Positions 58,101 through 64,000 of a stretch of 64,000 bases of DNA are shown here, one piece after another. A program made the translations under genes and the position numbers. Position 1 is the stretch's first letter. Every line of letters begins with the position of its first letter. Below the pieces are notes generated by a model, which saw only the letters and a list, made by a program, of their open reading frames with translations, did not search any database and had not been told where the DNA came from. This DNA is from Bugula neritina (Eukaryota > Animalia > Bryozoa): assembly GCA_964035545.1 (NCBI GenBank), contig OZ037766.1, forward strand, positions 20,448,767 through 20,512,766, read 5' to 3'.

Positions 58101-60416
58101 AATCCACTAATGTTTTTATACGACGAGTACATCCTGAATTATTTGTGTATACATATATGAAGGGTAGCACCTCATTAGCTACTGCAGCCTTGGGGAAACA
58201 CCCGGTGCTGATGGTTCCCCTTGCCCGTTTCCCAGCTTTTCTGGGCAATTTCTTGCTATATGTGATGTTTGATCACAAATAAAACATCTCCTGACATATC
58301 TTGGCTGATAATTTCTACGGGTTGACTTGGGACATTCACGAGCCATATGTGAAGTTGAGCCACAACTGAAGCAAGCTCCCTTTGCCTTTTGGTAGCCAGC
58401 TGCACACGCCATCTCACTTTCTCTTGTACTCAGCATTATTCTTGCTCTAGCCACCAGTTCGGGCAAACTCAATTTCTCTACAGAAGCCATGGACTTTAAC
58501 TGCAAGGACACATCACCTGGCAACCCTGCCATGAAAGCGCATTTTGAAATTGGCTCTGCATCCTTCTGTCCAATATGTGCCACTAACCTTTTTATGTCTG
58601 CTAAGTAGACATCAACTGGCTCTCCATCACGCAGCACACGCTTCTGTAGCTCATCGTATGCAGTATAGCAGTTTATTCCAAAAGCTGTTAGTAGTGCAGC
58701 TTTGAGCTTCCCATAATCCTCTTTGTCACTTTCTGGTAGCTGCTTATATACTGCAAACGCTGGACCAGCCAGGAACAGGGGCAAAAATGATTCTAGATCA
58801 GTTATTTTCTGCAGCTTTGCCACCAGCTCTAATTTATCAAGCCACTCACTGAATTCTCCACTGTTGCTGTCTTCATATTTACTTATTATGTCCGAGAGCT
58901 TGACTGATGCCATTGTAATATTGTAATATGCCGAAATAGCTTGTTGTGTTGTATAGATAAATACTGCAATGAATTACTACCAACTTTCTTACTGTCACTA
59001 TACACTTTATTATCTCAAATCTCGAAGCTAACTGACCCACTTGATAAACAAACAGTATGTCACAACAGTTACATAGCACTTTTAAAACCACAACATAATT
59101 ACTTTGACAGCATAATTGTATAGCTATAACATTCCACAATATAAGGCTACTAGCAGGTATAAGTCATGGGATAATATATACATAGCTTTAGTAAACAGAT
59201 ACAAACATTACAGTAGACACCCCAGAGACAAGTGCTGTATTGAGGTGGCAGAGGCAATGATTCTTTTCAGATAGTCAATAAATCTACAATAGAAATTACG
59301 GTTATCAACTATTGTAACCAAATTCTAATAGCACTGTTACAAATAATAATAGACAACATAATGTTTAGGCTTGACGACCTAAAATGTGAACATGGATTTT
59401 TTGTTATCGTAATTTTTAGCAACAACAAAAATCGAAATGATTAAGTCATGAATTGTGACTTGGTAAAAGAACTTGTCAAATTCAACACAGAGAAAAATCA
59501 ACTATTTTCATTTTGACATTTGTCCTACGCATTATTTTAATGTAACTTACTGAAGATTGGGTGCTGATTCGTCCTTGGAAAAATTTGCACGGAACTTAAT
59601 GGAAGTTTTCCTGTCATTAGCTACCTCATTAGCTAAGGTTGAGTTTCGATGAAATGCCACTGGTGGATATGAAGTATTAGTATAAATCATGTCTAAAGGT
59701 TGTTTCCAGCACGACGAATCTTGGTGATTTAGTTTATTTTCCAAAGAAGTTATTTTAGCGCTCACAAACTTACGATCACACAAACATTTATTTTGCAGTT
59801 GAGATAGTTCTATTTGGGGTTGAGCTTTTCCTATTCTCACTTTTTTTCTAGCTTCAGTTTGACTTTTACTTTTAGCTTTGCTCATAGAGCGAGTAACAAT
59901 ACCGACAGAAACAGCGGCTGAAGGTTCAGTCGGCACCTTTTGATCGTAGCAAAAACAATTTTGAGATCCATTAAGTGCACTCACAGAAGCTGCAGGTTGA
60001 GGTTCTATTGATTGTACTTCTAATTGTGGAGCCCGAGATTGCACAATTGTCAGCCGATTAATATTTTTGTTGTGGCACAAGTTATGAAGCAAACTTTCTA
60101 AATCAAAGTCCAAACTATTATTTTGTGAACTAAAATAGCCTTGATTGCAACCGTCACAGTTTTGAGTGAGTTCAGTATCTACAGGAACAAAAATAGAACA
60201 ACTACTCAAAAAATGAGAGATCATCGACTTCAAAAAATTCTCTCTACTTTTATCATGCTTAAGATACGAAAAGCTTATGTGTGACCAGTTCACTGGATGA
60301 AAGAAAAGTTCTCTCCAATGTTTGCAGGTTGCACTAGCCGAAATTTTATCCTTAAAAGAAAGATATGAATAGATGTGAAGAAGGAGAACATCTGGCACCT
60401 TCTTCCATCCTTCCAT
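52182..60416 (-). CDS. FBXO33: F-box only protein 33, disrupted in this haplotype by an LTR retrotransposon in exon 2; exons 60416-59551, 59283-59213 + 54900-54819 (split), 54498-54265, 54019-53826, 53232-53128, 52758-52598, 52337-52182
   Basis: N-terminal F-box (WKKVPDVLLLHIYSYLSFKDKISASATCKHWR). C-terminal DPFVMMSWRCKKL..G...VLAVARLRG..EV.EECI..EISTSLAREW matches the FBXO33 signature as I recall it. Removing the element and one TSD restores QHLSLGCLPSLTQF in frame. Confidence 0.85.
52328..52407. repeat. 19-bp tandem repeat (atgtggatatctacagcaa) x4 spanning the last FBXO33 splice acceptor
   Basis: Three exact copies plus one variant; the minus-strand unit is tttgctgtAG|atatccaca. Confidence 0.92.
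55213..58233 (-). CDS. pol: Pol (protease, RT, RNase H, integrase), reached by -1 frameshift
   Basis: LVDSG; LDLKKAYLQI, MGFGL, YIDD; DAS..AELEA..TDS; HxxHH..CxxC and D,D,E integrase triad; no internal stops. Confidence 0.95.
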   Translation of the reverse strand, partial: GKRARGTISTGCFPKAAVANEVLPFIYVYTNNSGCTRRIKTLVDSGCQQTVISEKLCKEIRGWLRGPQHVVTMLNGETTVCGGEVVVELVVDGVVVRNRCLVAPSLVCGADVILGFDIIKKLGGVTFDKDGKVSWHSKMCALAAPISPTTSKLRIEDTDFIAVFDGQRWTVEWKWQIGEPQLSNQCAQYAVPPEHINEYEAELDQWVADGWLEPYNVQKHGKVDGVIPLMAASQPNKPKKVRPVMDYRELNSHVESMPGQDTAICQEKVREWRKQGTEACLLDLKKAYLQIHVSRSLQKFQTVKYKGNLYVMTRMGFGLSVAPKIMSRIISTVLAQDSEVKQGTDHYIDDIWVNKSLVGVDKVRQLLLMYGLVTKEPEPLNDARVLGLRVRDVGNGNFAWCRDGKLPMLQENMTKRELFSLCGKLVGHYPVAGWLRTSCSFVKRSANDVAWEERIPSYSQDIIEEIMEKVTKEDPVRGIWEVDKDKPGIMWCDASSLSMGCCLQIDGHVVEDCAWLRKDDAHINVAELEATIKGLNLALRWKIKKLVLVTDSATVYSWLRSILENTKRPKVSGLSEMVVKRRLEIVNQLIDEYGLMLSIKLVPSEKNLSDILTRVPKRWLQKVQKNKPDSKVVALGMTKRGRKVIELHNRHHLGVDRTMHVVSRMKIPVDRRVVSEIVKSCQMCKQIDPAPIAWKHGSLDVEENWQRVAVDVAFVSGKPYLTVVDCGPSRFAIWVAMSNETADQALKHLCRIFLERGPPQELICDYGPCFKSSKTKNLLEDWGVSLIFCCAYKHSGNGIVERNHRTIKRMVARTGKTPECMVFWYNNTPNSVGIIPAAAIHAYHPRLPREPVEKELERDFPAKQTGTNSYKVGDNVFVKPGKVRCDTKWKQGTVTKLISDKVVEIDGVNRHVADVRLARQNEGDQNDAISHLCTEVDIELCGDAGLGINEEVSDESDGNNSDLDGSETCSWGIGNPEVVDEANQEEGSRITRDRRPPQWMADFYIN
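58179..58913 (-). CDS. gag: Gag with two CCHC zinc knuckles
   Basis: CFSCGSTSHMAREC and CFICDQTSHIARNC; ATG lies 28 nt inside the 5' LTR boundary. Confidence 0.93.
   Translation of the reverse strand: MASVKLSDIISKYEDSNSGEFSEWLDKLELVAKLQKITDLESFLPLFLAGPAFAVYKQLPESDKEDYGKLKAALLTAFGINCYTAYDELQKRVLRDGEPVDVYLADIKRLVAHIGQKDAEPISKCAFMAGLPGDVSLQLKSMASVEKLSLPELVARARIMLSTRESEMACAAGYQKAKGACFSCGSTSHMARECPKSTRRNYQPRYVRRCFICDQTSHIARNCPEKLGNGQGEPSAPGVSPRLQ
58183..58233 (-). other. -1 programmed ribosomal frameshift signal
   Basis: Slippery heptamer G GGA AAC (58233-58227) in the gag frame, 6-nt spacer, then stem ggggaac...gtttcccc whose loop cagc could pair with downstream gctg (possible pseudoknot). Confidence 0.85.
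58930..58941 (-). other. Non-canonical primer-binding site complementary to nt 1-12 of tRNA-Phe(GAA)
   Basis: The element strand reads AGCTATTTCGGC directly after the 5' LTR. Its complement, GCCGAAATAGCT, is the 5' end of metazoan tRNA-Phe. Confidence 0.75.
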
Positions 60417-61070
60417 ACTCTACTTTACTACTGTTCTAGTTAGCAATATTCATTACTAACATGTTTGTAAACTTTCCTACTTTTGCAAACGCACGACAAA
60501 ACGAAAATATGCAGTGAAAGTTAAGATTTTTATTGTTGTTTTAAATTATTAATTTTAGATTTTTAAAAACCATTTTTTATTTGTAATTACATTTTTTTGA
60601 ATAATTGTTTTATTTTAGTAGATCCTAAAATTGTAAACTTGTTTTACCGTAATTTTTTATAGAAAGGACAACTCCCTTTCGTTTTCAACTGTATAGCTGT
60701 AGTTGTTTATATTATATACAATCATTTCATACTTTTAATGAAGTTAACAATTTCTCCAGGTTTGACCCGATGCATTTCAAAACCACCCTATGGTCAACCT
60801 CAACTCCACACCAAGAAAAATAAATCTGGGTACAAAAATCAAGGCAATACGCAACAATTTGATGGAAAAACCACCCTGTAGATTTCATGCTTCATGCATG
60901 GTTCCACTAGCTTGATAACTTTTAGCTTAAAAATACTTTCAAACTTACATGTTGAAATTGAATCAGCTTGCTGTACAATGCAGCATTTCAACTACAGATC
61001 TAATAAATTTTTAACTCCCATTACTATTAGCAAAACCATTTTGCTTTGATTAAGTGCCGAAGTTTTTTTT

Positions 61071-62593
61071 CTTTAGGTGTAGCTTTTTTTGTTTACAGAA
61101 TGTTACTAACAGCCCTGCAGTTTTTGATTATACAGAAGATTAGAGTTTAGACTAAATTTCTCAAATGACAGCAGCTAGCTTATTAAATAACTGCAAAAAT
61201 GAAGACAGCATTTTTGATGCAAAATAAATAATATTATATTTCTAAGAGGAGGATTGTCATTCAAGCCAACATTTATTACGTAGGGTAGAAAATACTGTAT
61301 TCATTTAACAAATGACTATTATATGCCTGTGTATGTAATACTTTGTCTTATATATATATAAATAAAGCTTTTATAAATACAAAATTAATTAAACTAACGA
61401 GGGAATTAATTGATGAAATCATTTACTGCACCATATATCTTAATTGTTTATGTTCTTGTACCAAAGCTTAAATGTTCATAAAATTTAGAATGTTTTAGAG
61501 TTCAACTAAATGGTCATATTCATAGAATAATTTCTATGACTATATACATAGCATTTGTTTCTGTTGCATTGAGTAGTTGGAAAACTGAATATTAGTTTAT
61601 TAAACAAATTAAATGATTTATTTTCTAAAGAAAAATTCACAAACAGATCACATCACCAAAATATAGTATGTGCGTTGCTAGCATCAGTAAATTAACCCTG
61701 GTTGGCCCTTGTTTATATAATATGCTGGTGGTATAAAACAAGATAAGAATAGAAGCTATTAAGTTATAACAGGTGAGGACTTTCAACCACAAGTGATAAA
61801 ACATTTTCTATTGTAACTGCAAGGAACTCTACTAAAACCACCAATAAATACTCTTTGTTTGAGCTACCATTGAAATTTTAGATTTCTTATTTTTAGCTTA
61901 GGTACTATTGTTTTAACCTCATAGCAACTTTTCATGCCGCAGTTAGTTATGAAATAGCACTCCGGCCTGACTACAATCTTCGATTGACTCAACTTCAATT
62001 TTTAAAAGCATCACATATAATATGCCATATAATCGGCTTTTGTAGATGTAATTTTACTCAATTTTCAATTGACCTAGTAATTAAGGCAAGGTAAACGTCT
62101 CACAAGTAATTCACCAAGTGTAGGCTAAGCTGTGCTATACATACTAGTTTTGAGGACATTGCTTATATAATATAAGACATAAGTGATGAAGTCATGTAGT
62201 AAAAATACTAAGCCTTAAACAACGCAAGCTCGTCAGGAAAATAGAGGTATTGCTCTATATTATTATATTTCTTATTAATTTCAGCATTATACATTCATGT
62301 GCAATCATTCCTTGTTCTCACTACTGTGTGTATGTACTATGTATTGATTTGTTTCATTAATCATTACTATTGAAACTCTGTACGTCTTTAGGTGTAGCTT
62401 TTTTTGTCTAAAGAATGTTACCAACAGCCCTGCAGTTTTTGATTATACAGAAGATTAGAGTTTAGACTAAATTTCTCAAATGACAGCAGCTAGCTTATTA
62501 AATAACTGCAAAAATGAAGACAGCATTTTTGATGCAAAATAAATAAAACTATATAATTCAAAGAGGAGGATTGTCATTCAAGCCAACATTTAT
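61071..62593. repeat. Dispersed direct repeat of about 207 bp: 61071-61276 and 62386-62593
   Basis: Both copies run ctttaggtgtagc...ccaacatttat with few substitutions and lie 1315 bp apart. Confidence 0.92.
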
Positions 62594-64000
62594 ACCAGGT
62601 ATTATTTTATACATTGTTTGTGTCGCAATATTTACAGCTGGGAAATAATTAAATATTAAAGTGATATTTTATTAAAACAACTTCTTTTAATTTTGTGGGC
62701 TTTTCATTTTCTGTTTGACGAGACTTCTCCTTCTATATATCAAATATAAACGGCTGAGATATAGGTTACAATATCCATGACGCACAGCCTCAACAGAGTA
62801 TATAGTATTTACTTGGAGATGATGATCATCAATTTGTCATGTAAATTTATTCGGTTCGTTTCACTCACTAACACATGCTCTACATAATATAGGTATAGAC
62901 GTCAAAACGTTGCCTCAAGTTGCTGAAATGTTTTACAGGAATATACAATTACAGGCTCTTATAATATCATCCTATTCAGTCAATAATAATTATAATATTA
63001 TGCAATGGAGTATTCATGCCTATAAAATCAATAACAATAGGTTTTTTACTTGGTGTATTTTCATTGTTCAGCACCCTCTTCCCAATAATAGAATGTGTGT
63101 GTGTATTTGCTGATGAGAGATTGTTGGTGGTTGCTATGTATTCGTCTGCACACTAAGCCGTCTGCATGAATACTATTAGCACAAGTAGGTCTTCGGATAT
63201 CGTATGATACATTCCTTAGAGCCTTGGACTCAATAGATTAGGATAATTATAGTTGACTAGGTTAACTGGCTATACAGTGTGCAACACTTGATGGCAATAA
63301 TCGAAGTGATTTATTAGTCAGCCTGAGCTCTGCTCGTGACAACTTGAATTGACTGCTACTTATATAACTGGCAATGAGAAAAGATACTGGTATTTCGAGA
63401 TTAGATTATACTACAGGGCAACGGTACAGCCTCAACTACTAGTACTAGTAGCTTGCTACTAACAAGGTACTACTAGACCTAGGCTAAAGTCACTCACTTT
63501 AAAGATAGTCATAGTGTGCACCAGATATCACTTTAAATAATAATAATAAATATATTATTATGCTATAATCTTCACCTTGCTGACTCTCTTTTCATCATTC
63601 TATATGGTAAGTACATCCTAAATTTAAATAGTCTACTGCTCAATTGCCATTCACTTCATTTTCATCTTGGCAAAAATAGACAAAGTTCTACCTGGCATGC
63701 ATGTGTCTCATTATTGCTTAAGATTAAAATACAATGGATTAACATATTAGGTAATAACATGTTATCATAATTATTAACTTACTACAATTAAAGCTTTGCA
63801 GTATACAATTCTTAATATATTAGCCTCCAATGTTCATCTCAACAAGAAAGTGCTTTTCGCTTATATGTAACTAAGCAATATTATTATAGGAGTATTTTGC
63901 TATCAAAACTGTTGGTTTACTAAGTTTAAAATATGATATTGTGGCTGCAACCAACAGCACTGAAAATTGAGGTCCAGGTGAGCAGGGCACTGCAGAGAGA

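Larger units (their letters stand above)
54906..59212 (-). mobile_element. Full-length Ty3/Gypsy-type LTR retrotransposon, 4307 bp, apparently intact
   Basis: Two 271-bp LTRs (54906-55176, 58942-59212), identical on visual comparison, TG...CA; 5-bp TSD GTAGA (54901-54905, 59213-59217); PPT aaggggaaa next to the 3' LTR; PR-RT-RH-IN order. Confidence 0.97.

Noticed and set aside
58898-58912. TGGCATCAG resembling a tRNAiMet PBS
   Set aside because: It lies about 30 nt from the LTR, overlaps the gag start codon and matches only partially.
58942-59212. Tf1-type self-priming as the explanation for the odd PBS
   Set aside because: The LTR sense strand contains only atagct/tagct (5-6 nt) complementary to the PBS, against 12/12 for the tRNA-Phe 5' end.
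63110-63210. CTGATGA followed by a hairpin (hammerhead or snoRNA candidate)
   Set aside because: No GAAA core, and no convincing D, H or ACA box at the right spacing.

Overview
AT-rich animal (invertebrate) genomic DNA with spliceosomal introns; I cannot identify the species. Seven multi-exon host genes were reconstructed by hand using GT-AG junctions and phase checks: a protein disulfide isomerase (PDI/P4HB-type, +), an orphan class A GPCR (+), SAMM50 (-), an unusual TIR-SAM-TIR-TIR protein (-) lying head-to-head with IFT57 (+), a secreted Thr-rich repeat protein with a 10-Cys C-terminal domain (-), and FBXO33 (-). Mobile DNA includes two CR1/L2-group LINE fragments, two Penelope-like remnants carrying hammerhead ribozymes, and a MITE with a nested solo LTR. 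An intact, very young Gypsy-type LTR retrotransposon is inserted in FBXO33 coding exon 2. The most striking observations are: (1) this element has no canonical TGG primer-binding site, and the 12 nt abutting its 5' LTR are exactly complementary to nt 1-12 of tRNA-Phe, suggesting priming by a 5' tRNA fragment; (2) the triple-TIR plus SAM protein keeps the predicted catalytic Glu in two of its three TIR domains; (3) hammerhead ribozymes sit in that gene's intron, one locked in a perfect 59-bp inverted repeat; (4) cryptic hexamer-periodic tracts cluster near 5' ends of housekeeping genes.
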